From positions 1,752 to 65,751 of the forward strand of contig SVAP01000007.1 of assembly GCA_015059335.1 (NCBI GenBank): DNA of 64,000 nucleotides. Reading direction: 5' to 3'. The notes beneath the pieces were generated by a model. The model was not told the DNA's origin, made no database searches, and saw nothing but the letters and a program-made list of their open reading frames with translations. Below are positions 9,115-18,232 of the stretch, one piece after another. How positions within the stretch are numbered: position 1 is the stretch's first letter; each line of letters opens with the position of its first letter. This stretch comes from Bacillota bacterium (GTDB taxonomy: Bacteria; Bacillota_I; Bacilli_A; RF39; UBA660). The translations under genes and the position numbers were made by a program.

Positions 9115-10239
9115 ATGTCTAAAATTTCATTTTTACTTTTACATTTAGGTTATGGTGGAATTGAAAGTTCTACAATAAATACTGCTAATGCTTTATCTGA
9201 TAAATATGAAATTGAATTAGTTGTATTTTATAATTTAACCAGAAATCAAGAAAATAAATTAAATAAAAACATTAAAATTAGATATATGTATGATGGTGGA
9301 CCTAATAAAGAACAATTTTTAAGTTGTATTAAAAATAAAAAGTTTTTTTCTATGATAAAAGAAGGTTTTAAATCATTAGATATTTTAATTAAAAAGAAAT
9401 TATTAATAATTAAATATATTAAAAATTGTGATTCAAAATATATTGTTTCTACTAGGATTGAATTTAGTGAGTTATTAAATAAATATGGAAAAAATAACAC
9501 TGTTAAAATCGCACAAGAACATCATCATCATAATAATGATAAAAAATATATAAAGAGATTAAAAAATAATTATAATAGAATTGATTATCTTTGTGCTTTA
9601 ACAACGACTCTAAAGAAAGATTATGAAAATTTTTTAAGTAATAATAATCACACTAAAATAATTTTAATGCCGAATATGTTATCTGATTTACCTACAAAAA
9701 AAACTGATTTAAAAAACAAAAATTTTATTTCTGTGAGTAGACTAGATGAAGGTAAAAAAATAGATGAAATAATAAAAATCTTCTCAAAAGTTGATAATAG
9801 AAATAGTAATTTATATGTTATTGGTGATGGTAAAGAATTCAATAATTTGCAACTATTGGTAAAAGAATTAAAATTATCAAAAAAAGTTCATTTATTAGGT
9901 TATCTTGATAAAAAAGAAATAGAAAAATATATGTTAAAATCGAGTGTATTTTTAATGACTTCAGTTAGTGAAGGATTACCAATGGTATTATTAGAAGCAA
10001 TGAGTTATGGGCTTCCTTGCATTGCTTATGAAACAGATAGTGGTACAACTGATATAATTGATGATGGAAAAAATGGGTATATAATCAAAAATAGAAACGA
10101 AGATGAATATATAGAAAAAGTTAATAATTTAGTTAATGATTCAAAAATGCTAAAAGAATTCTCAAATAGCTCAATGAAAAAATCAAAGAAATTTTCTAGC
10201 GTTGAAATACTAAAAATATGGTATAAAATATTAAAATAA
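9115..10239 (+). CDS. GT4 family glycosyltransferase
   Basis: C-terminal SVSEGLPMVLLEAMSYGLPCIAYE block. Confidence 0.85.
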   Translation: MSKISFLLLHLGYGGIESSTINTANALSDKYEIELVVFYNLTRNQENKLNKNIKIRYMYDGGPNKEQFLSCIKNKKFFSMIKEGFKSLDILIKKKLLIIKYIKNCDSKYIVSTRIEFSELLNKYGKNNTVKIAQEHHHHNNDKKYIKRLKNNYNRIDYLCALTTTLKKDYENFLSNNNHTKIILMPNMLSDLPTKKTDLKNKNFISVSRLDEGKKIDEIIKIFSKVDNRNSNLYVIGDGKEFNNLQLLVKELKLSKKVHLLGYLDKKEIEKYMLKSSVFLMTSVSEGLPMVLLEAMSYGLPCIAYETDSGTTDIIDDGKNGYIIKNRNEDEYIEKVNNLVNDSKMLKEFSNSSMKKSKKFSSVEILKIWYKILK

Positions 10240-10259
10240 AAGACTTTTGTCTTTTTTTT
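10238..10259 (+). terminator. Short hairpin AAAAGAC/GTCTTTT followed by a T-run
   Basis: Stem 10238-10244 / 10249-10255, then T8. Confidence 0.5.
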
Positions 10260-10311
10260 CTTTATGCCTTTTGATATAATTAACTTAGTAAGAGAAATGG
10301 TAGGGTTATGT

Positions 10312-12477
10312 ATGAAAGAGTATTTTAAAAGATTATACAATAAAACAGCAGATAGTTTTTATAAACTTGTTAAAAAAAATTTAAAAAATAATGCAAAGCA
10401 ATTTATAGTTACAGCAAATCCTGAAACATTTATGAAAGCAACGCAAGATGAAGAGCTTAATAAAATGTTAATGGATGAAAATACTACTATTGTTCCAGAT
10501 GGGATAGGAATAGTTAAAGCTGCTAGAATTTTAGATTATGATATTAAAGAAAGAATACCGGGAATAGATATTGCAAATAAACTATTAGAATATGGTAACG
10601 AATTAAATAAAAGTATATACATGTTCGGGGCACAAGAAGAAGTTATTGTATCTTTAAAAGAAGTATTAACTAAAAATTATCCTAATTTAAAAATTGTTGG
10701 TGCACAAAATGGTTATGAAAAAGATCGTGATAAGATTTTTAAAGATATTATAAAAAAAGAACCGGATATTGTTTTAGTTGCATTAGGTATACCAGAACAA
10801 GAAAAACTTATATATAAATATTTAGATAAATTTCAAAAAGGAATATTCGTTGGTGTAGGTGGATCATTTGATGTAATAAGTGGTCATAAAAAAAGGGCAC
10901 CTAAAATTTTTCGAAAATTAAACTTAGAATGGTTATACAGAATATTAAAAGAGCCTAAAAGAATTAAAAGATTTTATGATAGTAATGTAAAGTTTTTATT
11001 TAGAGTTAGGAAATTAAAAAAAAAAGAGAACAAAGTAACTTTTTCTGATTATTTAACAAAATTTTTCTTTGTTTCCTATTTTATATTTTCAATATATTGG
11101 TTAATTATAGTCTTTAATCATAACAAATCTAGGTTTGGTGTATATTTTATAATATTAGCATTTTTATTTGCATTAATATTTTATCTTTTTAAAAAATATA
11201 AATTAAAAATTAACACAAAAATAATTGTTATTGCTTTAATTATATTATCTATACTATTTAGATTGCCATTGATATTTTTAGATTATGCAGATCCTACTAG
11301 TGATTATGCAACATTTTATTATAATGCAGTATATATTGCGACTGGAACAGGATCATTTAGTTCTAAATACATATCAGCATTTCCATATTTATATGGTTAT
11401 ATATTTGTTTTAGGACAATTTATGAAAATATTTGGCAGTTCATATAGTAGTGTAATTATTTTAAATATATTATTAGATTTATTGGGTGCATCATTCATAT
11501 ATTTATTTACTAAAAAAATTAATAAGAAAGCAGCTGTTTATTCATTATTAATTTGGCTATTTAATCCTTTTAATATATACTTTTCTATTATATGTTCTCC
11601 TATCATTATAGTTAATACCTTCTTTGCATTAGTATTATATATATCATCATTATTATTTTCTAATTTGGATAACAGAAAACTTGTTATTATATATAGTTTA
11701 TTATTAGGAATTAGTTTATCTATTGCCAATGTTTTTCGACCAATAATGATTATTTTTGTTATTGCAATATTTATATATTTAACGTACCTTATTTTCGAAG
11801 AAAATAAAATTAAAACATCAAATTTAATAATTGGGTTTTTACTAGTATTTTGTACATATCAAATTGGAAACCAAGTTTACTATAAAATAATATCTAACGT
11901 AACTTGCTATGAAATAAATAAAAGCTTATCAGGGTGGACAATTTTTGTTGGCTCAAATACAGAAACGAGTGGTACATGGAGTGAATTGAATTCTGATACT
12001 TATGACAAATATTACTATAGCTCTGATTATACGCCAGAAAAGTTTAGCGATAAATTACAAAAGTTGGGTATAGAAAGATATAAAAATAATGGAATTATAA
12101 ATAATACAAAATTATTTATAGAAAAAAGTAAAGTTTTAGCTGCTAAAACGAATGAATACAATTATATTTCTTTTGTTGATACAAATATTACAAATAATGT
12201 TTTTTTGGATAAATTTGTTCAAGCATTTACAAGTATATATTGGTATTTTGTTGTGATATTTAATTTTATTTTTTCAATTATTATATTCAAAATAGAAGAT
12301 TATAAAAAAATGATTGCATATTGTCTGTTAGTTGTTGGATTGTGTGCTTCAACATTAATCGTAGAAGTAAGTCCTAGATATTTTTATCCAATATTTGCTC
12401 CGCTAACAATAGTATTAGCACTATCTATATATAAAATCAGTAATTTTTTTAGAAAAGGTGAAAAATATAATGATTAA
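10312..12477 (+). CDS. tagA: Fusion: TagA/WecG-family N-acetylmannosaminyltransferase domain plus C-terminal GT-C (ArnT/PMT-like) membrane glycosyltransferase
   Basis: FIVTANPETFM...PDGIGIVKAAR...PEQEKLI...GVGGSFDV are WecG/TagA blocks. These are followed by about 480 aa of polytopic sequence with a first-loop SDYA acidic motif and a C-terminal VEVSPRY. ATG 10312 was chosen over 10264 because of the terminator at 10238-10259 and the GGTAGGG RBS. Confidence 0.75.
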   Translation: MKEYFKRLYNKTADSFYKLVKKNLKNNAKQFIVTANPETFMKATQDEELNKMLMDENTTIVPDGIGIVKAARILDYDIKERIPGIDIANKLLEYGNELNKSIYMFGAQEEVIVSLKEVLTKNYPNLKIVGAQNGYEKDRDKIFKDIIKKEPDIVLVALGIPEQEKLIYKYLDKFQKGIFVGVGGSFDVISGHKKRAPKIFRKLNLEWLYRILKEPKRIKRFYDSNVKFLFRVRKLKKKENKVTFSDYLTKFFFVSYFIFSIYWLIIVFNHNKSRFGVYFIILAFLFALIFYLFKKYKLKINTKIIVIALIILSILFRLPLIFLDYADPTSDYATFYYNAVYIATGTGSFSSKYISAFPYLYGYIFVLGQFMKIFGSSYSSVIILNILLDLLGASFIYLFTKKINKKAAVYSLLIWLFNPFNIYFSIICSPIIIVNTFFALVLYISSLLFSNLDNRKLVIIYSLLLGISLSIANVFRPIMIIFVIAIFIYLTYLIFEENKIKTSNLIIGFLLVFCTYQIGNQVYYKIISNVTCYEINKSLSGWTIFVGSNTETSGTWSELNSDTYDKYYYSSDYTPEKFSDKLQKLGIERYKNNGIINNTKLFIEKSKVLAAKTNEYNYISFVDTNITNNVFLDKFVQAFTSIYWYFVVIFNFIFSIIIFKIEDYKKMIAYCLLVVGLCASTLIVEVSPRYFYPIFAPLTIVLALSIYKISNFFRKGEKYND

Positions 12478-13579
12478 AGTTATGACAGTTTTTGGTACAA
12501 GACCAGAAGCAATTAAAATGGCTCCATTAGTTAAGGAGTTAAAAACAAGAGAAGAAATTGAAACAATAGTATGTGTTACTGCACAACATAGAGAAATGTT
12601 AGATCAAGTATTAAATGTGTTTGAAATAACACCTGATTATGATTTAAATATTATGCAACAAGGACAAACTTTAGCAGATGTTACAACTAGAGCGTTACAA
12701 GGATTAGAAAAAGTAATTAAAGAGGTACAACCTGATATAGTTTTAGTACATGGTGATACTACTACAACATTTGCAGGAGCACTTGCTGCTTTCTATAATC
12801 AAGTAGCAATAGGACATGTTGAAGCAGGTCTTAGAACATGGGACAAGTATTCACCATATCCAGAAGAAATGAACAGACAAATGGTAGGATGTATGACAGA
12901 TATGCATTTTTCACCAACTGAAAAAAGTGCCCAAAATTTAATTAATGAAGGTAAAAATAAAGATAATATTTATATTACTGGTAATACAGCTATTGATGCA
13001 ATGTCAACAACTATTAAAGATAACTACCATCATGAAGTATTTGACTGGATTGGTAATGATAGAATGATTCTTTTAACTGCCCATAGAAGAGAAAATTTAG
13101 GTGAACCAATGTATAACATATTTAGAGCAATTAAAAAGATTGTTGATGAATTTAATGATGTGAAAGTTGTTTATCCAATTCATATGAATCCTAAAGTTAG
13201 AAGTATTGCAAATGAAGTATTAGGTGATACTGATAGAGTTAAAATTATTGAACCATTAGAAGTAGTTGATTTCCATAACTTTCAAAATAAAAGTTATATT
13301 ATATTAACTGATAGTGGTGGAATCCAAGAAGAAGCACCATCATTAGGGAAACCAGTATTAGTACTTCGTGATACAACTGAAAGACCAGAAGGAATTGATG
13401 CTGGGACATTGAAATTAGCCGGAACTGATGAAGAAATAATATATAATTTAACAAAGGAATTATTAACTGATAAAACGGTATATGAATCAATGAGTCATGC
13501 TTCAAATCCTTACGGGGATGGATTAGCAAGTAAAAGAATTGCAGATGCAATAATTTGGAGGTATAAAGAGCATGAATAA
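12470..13579 (+). CDS. mnaA: UDP-N-acetylglucosamine 2-epimerase (non-hydrolysing)
   Basis: MIKVMTVFGTRPEAIKMAPL..., HGDTTT, TDSGGIQEEAPSLGKPVLVLRDTTERPE. Start 12470 is preferred (RBS AAAGGTG); the ORF opens at 12458. Confidence 0.95.
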   Translation: MIKVMTVFGTRPEAIKMAPLVKELKTREEIETIVCVTAQHREMLDQVLNVFEITPDYDLNIMQQGQTLADVTTRALQGLEKVIKEVQPDIVLVHGDTTTTFAGALAAFYNQVAIGHVEAGLRTWDKYSPYPEEMNRQMVGCMTDMHFSPTEKSAQNLINEGKNKDNIYITGNTAIDAMSTTIKDNYHHEVFDWIGNDRMILLTAHRRENLGEPMYNIFRAIKKIVDEFNDVKVVYPIHMNPKVRSIANEVLGDTDRVKIIEPLEVVDFHNFQNKSYIILTDSGGIQEEAPSLGKPVLVLRDTTERPEGIDAGTLKLAGTDEEIIYNLTKELLTDKTVYESMSHASNPYGDGLASKRIADAIIWRYKEHE

Positions 13580-14947
13580 ATTAAAAAAATTTTGGATATA
13601 TTGTTTTATAATATGCTTTTCCTTGATTCCTATTTTATTTATTAGTATACCATTTTATTTAATGTTATTGACATTTTTAAGTATAATTTTTATATGTTTA
13701 AAATTTAAACTTCAAAAGTTTCCTATATTTTTGTTTATAGTATCACTCGTTATCAGAATAATTTTTAACATTATAATTAAAACCCCACCAGTATCTGACT
13801 TTGATGTTCTTTTGAATGCGTCTAGAAGTTTATTAGGAGGAGATACTTCTTTTAATAATTCAACTTACTTTAATTTGTGGGCATATCAAATTGGATTTGT
13901 AACTTACCAAACCTTATTATTAAAGATTTGTAATAGTGTATTTTTCTTAAAAATAGTAAACTGTATTATTTCATCAAGTATTTGCGTGTTAATATATTTA
14001 ATTTCAAAAGAATTTGTAAAAGAGAAGAGTGCACAAATAGTATCAATAATTTACTCGTTTTTAGTTTTTACAATATCTTATACATCCGTCCTATCTAATC
14101 AGCATATATCTACATTTTTAATATATTTATCACTTTATATTTTAATTGCAAAAAAATTAAAATTAGAAAAAGTTATAAATATTTAATTGCGGGAATATTA
14201 ATTGCTATTTCAAACATTATAAGACCAGAAGGAATAATAACAATTTTAGCTATTATTATTTATTTAATATTTGAAATGAAAAAAAATAACTTTAAAAAAA
14301 TAATACTTAATATATTGATGTTATTGATATCGTATTATGCAGTTTTAGGAGTTTCAAATCAGATATTTATTAGTACAAACATTGGGCCATATGGGTTAAA
14401 AAATAATGCCCCTTATTGGAAATTTGTATTAGGGTTTAATCATGATACTAAAGGCAGTTATAGTAGTGATGATTATTATGTTTTAAATGATAAAGAGTCT
14501 GCTATAAAATTAATTAAGGAAAGAGTATATGTTAATCCGGTTAAACATATTACTTTATTTAAAAGTAAGATTCAAACATTTTGGAATAGTACAACATTAT
14601 CATGGTCTTTCCATCATATATTTTATAAAAATATAGATGTTGGATTTTTTACAATTAATTTATCTGAAATTTTAATAATATTGGAAGAATATAATAATTT
14701 GATGTTCTTTGGACTATATATGCTAATTTTAGTAGGGTTAGTATATAATTTAAAGAAACAAAAAATTGACAAAAGATTATTCTTAATTATAAATCAGATA
14801 TTTGTAACATTCGGAGTTTATTTATTAATTGAAGTACAACCTAGATATTCATATTTTATTCAAATTTCAGTAATAATTTTGTCAGCTCTCGGTATTGATA
14901 TTTTGATAAATATATATAATAAAAAGAAAAAAGAAAAGGAGAGATAA
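13572..14947 (+). pseudogene. GT-C (ArnT/PMT-like) membrane glycosyltransferase, split by a -1 frameshift (ORFs 13572..14186 and frame-shifted 14099..14947)
   Basis: The first ORF ends at TAA 14184-14186. The downstream frame is open from 14099 and continues as ...YKYLIAGILIAISNIIRPEGIITILAIIIYL. This aligns with ...LLLGISLSIANVFRPIMIIFVIAIFIYL of the paralogous C-terminal half of 10312..12477. Both end with an E-V-x-P-R-Y motif. Confidence 0.7.
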
Positions 14948-14948
14948 C

Positions 14949-15686
14949 ATGAAATGTATTTTATTATGTGCTGGATATGCGACGAGATTATTTCCATTAA
15001 CTGAAAATTTTCCAAAAGCTCTTTTAGAAATTGGAAATAGACCACTTCTAGATTATATTTTAGATGAAGTTAACACTATTGATGAAGTAGATAATATATA
15101 TGTTATTACTAATGATAGGTATTATAAACATTTTGATAAATGGGCAACAGAAAAAGATAATATCAAAAAGATAAAAGTTATTAGCGACAATACAACATCA
15201 AATGATGATAGACTAGGCGCAATTGGTGATATAATGTATGTGATTAATAAAGAAAATATTAACGATGATTTATTAATTATTGCTGGTGATAATTTATTTA
15301 CATACAAACTCAAGGATGTTATTAATTTCTATAATCAAAAACAAAACACTGTTGTTTGTGCTAAAGAATTGGATGATATTGAATTGTTAAAAAGATTTGC
15401 TGTAGCACAAATTGATAATACTGATAAAGTTATAGATATAGAGGAAAAACCTAATGAACCTAAGAGTAATTTAGGGGTATATGCTACTTATATATATCCA
15501 AGGGAAGTATTAAATTATTTTGAAACTTATAAAAATGAAGGAAACAACATGGATTCACCGGGACATTTCCCTCAATATTTATATAAGAGAGAAGATATAT
15601 ATGTGTATAAATTCAATGGTGAATGTTATGATGTTGGAACACATGAAACATTAAAAGAAGTTAACAAAATATATTCAAGGAGGTAG
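14949..15686 (+). CDS. Sugar-1-phosphate nucleotidyltransferase
   Basis: MKCILLCAGYATRLFPLTENFPKALLEI is the NTP-transferase signature. RBS GGAGAG. Confidence 0.8.
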   Translation: MKCILLCAGYATRLFPLTENFPKALLEIGNRPLLDYILDEVNTIDEVDNIYVITNDRYYKHFDKWATEKDNIKKIKVISDNTTSNDDRLGAIGDIMYVINKENINDDLLIIAGDNLFTYKLKDVINFYNQKQNTVVCAKELDDIELLKRFAVAQIDNTDKVIDIEEKPNEPKSNLGVYATYIYPREVLNYFETYKNEGNNMDSPGHFPQYLYKREDIYVYKFNGECYDVGTHETLKEVNKIYSRR

Positions 15687-15694
15687 AATTAAAA

Positions 15695-16639
15695 ATGAAA
15701 AAAGATAAAATAAGTATAATAGTGCCATGTTACAATGAAGAACAGGCTTTACCATACTTTTATAACGAAGTAATTAAATTACAAAAAGAAATGAAAAATG
15801 TTAATTTTGAATATTTGTTTATAAATGATGGCAGCAAAGATAATACGTTAAATGTACTAAGAGAATTATCTAAAAAAGATAAGAAGGTTAGATATATTTC
15901 TTTTTCGAGAAATTTTGGAAAAGAAGCAGCAATATATGCGGGACTTGAAAATTCTACAGGTGACTATGTTGCAGTGATGGATGCTGATTTACAAGATCCT
16001 CCAAGTCTTTTACCACAAATGTATGATTCAATTAAAAATGAGGGTTATGATTCGGTTGGAACAAGGAGAGTAACCAGAAAAGGGGAACCTCCAATTAGAA
16101 GTTTCTTTGCTAGAATGTTCTATAAAATTATAAATAAACTATCTAAAGTTGAAATGGTTGACGGTGCTAGAGATTATAGATTAATGTCAAGGCAAGTTGT
16201 TGATTCAATAATAAGTTTAAAAGAATATAATAGATATTCAAAGGGATTATTTAGCTTTGTTGGTTTTAATACAAAATGGATAGAATTTGAAAACGTAGAA
16301 AGAGTAGCTGGTGAAACTAAATGGAGTTTTTGGAAATTATTTTTATATGCGATTGAAGGGATAATAGCATTTTCTACTGCTCCTCTAGCAATTGCTTCAA
16401 TAATAGGAATAATATTTTGTATTGTTTCAATGTTAATGATTTTAATAATAATTGTTAAAACCTTGGTATTTGGTGATCCGGTATCTGGATGGCCTTCTAT
16501 GATGTGTGTAATATTTTTAGTGGGTGGAATACAATTATTTTGTATGGGAATTATTGGACAATATTTATCAAAAACTTATTTAGAAACAAAAAAAAGACCT
16601 ATTTATATTATTAAAGAAACTGAAGATAGAAATAGGTGA
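15695..16639 (+). CDS. gtrB: GT2 polyprenyl-phosphate glycosyltransferase (GtrB/CsbB-like)
   Basis: ISIIVPCYNEE..., DADLQDPP motif, two C-terminal TM helices. Confidence 0.9.
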   Translation: MKKDKISIIVPCYNEEQALPYFYNEVIKLQKEMKNVNFEYLFINDGSKDNTLNVLRELSKKDKKVRYISFSRNFGKEAAIYAGLENSTGDYVAVMDADLQDPPSLLPQMYDSIKNEGYDSVGTRRVTRKGEPPIRSFFARMFYKIINKLSKVEMVDGARDYRLMSRQVVDSIISLKEYNRYSKGLFSFVGFNTKWIEFENVERVAGETKWSFWKLFLYAIEGIIAFSTAPLAIASIIGIIFCIVSMLMILIIIVKTLVFGDPVSGWPSMMCVIFLVGGIQLFCMGIIGQYLSKTYLETKKRPIYIIKETEDRNR

Positions 16640-17070
16640 TTAATTTGAAAAAATTAGTTAATATTATATTTGAATTAATAAAAAAAAATAAAGAAATAAT
16701 TATGTATGGAATATTTGGAGTATTAACTACATTAGTAAATATTTTTGTATACTTTATTCTTGTTAGAGTATTCAATTTTCATTATTTGATTAGTACTATT
16801 ATTTCTTGGATAATTTCTGTATTGTTTGCATATTTTACAAATAAAAAATATGTGTTTGAAAGCAAGGGGAATAATTATTTAAAAGAGATTTTTGCTTTTA
16901 TTGGATTTAGAATCCTATCAGGAATAATTGAAATTGTGTTAATGTATTTATTTGTAGATACATTAACATTTGATGATTTAATTTCAAAAGTTATAACTAA
17001 TATAGTTGTTGTATTATTAAATTATATATTTAGTAAATTATTCGTATTTAAAAATAAATCATGTAATTAA
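16636..17070 (+). CDS. gtrA: GtrA-family membrane protein
   Basis: 144 aa, 4 TM helices. YGIFGVLTTLVNIFVYFIL and a FVFKN tail. Overlaps the gtrB stop. Confidence 0.85.
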   Translation: MINLKKLVNIIFELIKKNKEIIMYGIFGVLTTLVNIFVYFILVRVFNFHYLISTIISWIISVLFAYFTNKKYVFESKGNNYLKEIFAFIGFRILSGIIEIVLMYLFVDTLTFDDLISKVITNIVVVLLNYIFSKLFVFKNKSCN

Positions 17071-17128
17071 TATATTAATTTATGTTATAATAAAATTATC
17101 ACAAGTGAAGTTATGGATGGTGTAATAT

Positions 17129-18208
17129 ATGAATTTAAATATTAATGAAATAATTAAGATAGTACTAATAACATTTTTATGTTCTGCATTATTAGTGCCT
17201 TTTATAAAAAGTATTGCAGAACATGTTGGTGCATTAGACATACCTGACAAAAGAAAAGTTCATAAAGAACCTATTCCTAGATTAGGTGGACTTGCAATAT
17301 TTTTCTCATTTTTGCTTGGATACATGTTATTTTCAAGACAAAGTATCGAGATGATTGCAATCTTAATAGGTAGTTTTATTGTTGTATTAACAGGTATAAT
17401 AGATGATATTAAACCATTACGTGCTAGACACAAATTTGCAGGACAAGTTGTTGCTGCACTTGTTGTAGTGTTGTATGGTGGTATAGTTTTAACAAATATT
17501 TCGGCATTTGGTCTTTCTATCACATTTAATCCAATTGTTGCTAAAATATTAACAACAATATTTATACTTGGATGTATAAATTGTATTAACTTAATTGATG
17601 GGTTAGATGGTCTTGCTGGAGGAATTAGTTCAATATATTTCTTAACTATTGGTGTAGTAGCAGTTATTATGGGACAATCTAGTCTTGATACATCATTAAC
17701 TTTTATAATGCTTGGTGCTACATTAGGATTTTTAGTTCACAACTTTCATCCTGCAAAAATATTTATGGGTGATTCTGGTTCTATGTTTTTAGGTTTTATA
17801 ATTTCGGTAATCGCACTTTTAGGATTTAAAAATGTAACATTTACATCATTTATCGTTCCTTTATTTGTTCTTGCAATTCCTATACTAGATACGTTATTTG
17901 CAATAATTAGAAGATTACTAAAAAAACAACATATATCTGAACCAGATAAAAGTCATTTGCATCATCAATTTTTAAATATGAGATTCTCGCACAGAAATAC
18001 TGTTTTAATAATTTATATTATTGATATTTTATTTGCGTTAGCTTCTATTATTTATGTATTAAAAGATCCATTCTGGGGTCAAGTAATATACTCAATTCTT
18101 TTAATAATAGTAGTATGGTTAGTTTCATTTACTGACATTATTACTTCTAAAAAACCTTTAAAAAAAGGATTCGATAAAATTAAAACTAAACTAAAAAAAA
18201 ATAAATAA
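17129..18208 (+). CDS. tagO: Undecaprenyl-phosphate GlcNAc-1-phosphate transferase (WecA/TagO, MraY family)
   Basis: HKEPIPRLGG, NLIDGLDGLAGG, MGDSGSMFLGF motifs. Confidence 0.9.
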   Translation: MNLNINEIIKIVLITFLCSALLVPFIKSIAEHVGALDIPDKRKVHKEPIPRLGGLAIFFSFLLGYMLFSRQSIEMIAILIGSFIVVLTGIIDDIKPLRARHKFAGQVVAALVVVLYGGIVLTNISAFGLSITFNPIVAKILTTIFILGCINCINLIDGLDGLAGGISSIYFLTIGVVAVIMGQSSLDTSLTFIMLGATLGFLVHNFHPAKIFMGDSGSMFLGFIISVIALLGFKNVTFTSFIVPLFVLAIPILDTLFAIIRRLLKKQHISEPDKSHLHHQFLNMRFSHRNTVLIIYIIDILFALASIIYVLKDPFWGQVIYSILLIIVVWLVSFTDIITSKKPLKKGFDKIKTKLKKNK

Positions 18209-18232
18209 CGATGTATTATACATCGTTATTTT
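18207..18232. terminator. Bidirectional terminator between convergent genes
   Basis: 9-bp stem AACGATGTA/TACATCGTT (18207-18215 / 18219-18227), with A/T runs on both sides. Confidence 0.7.
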
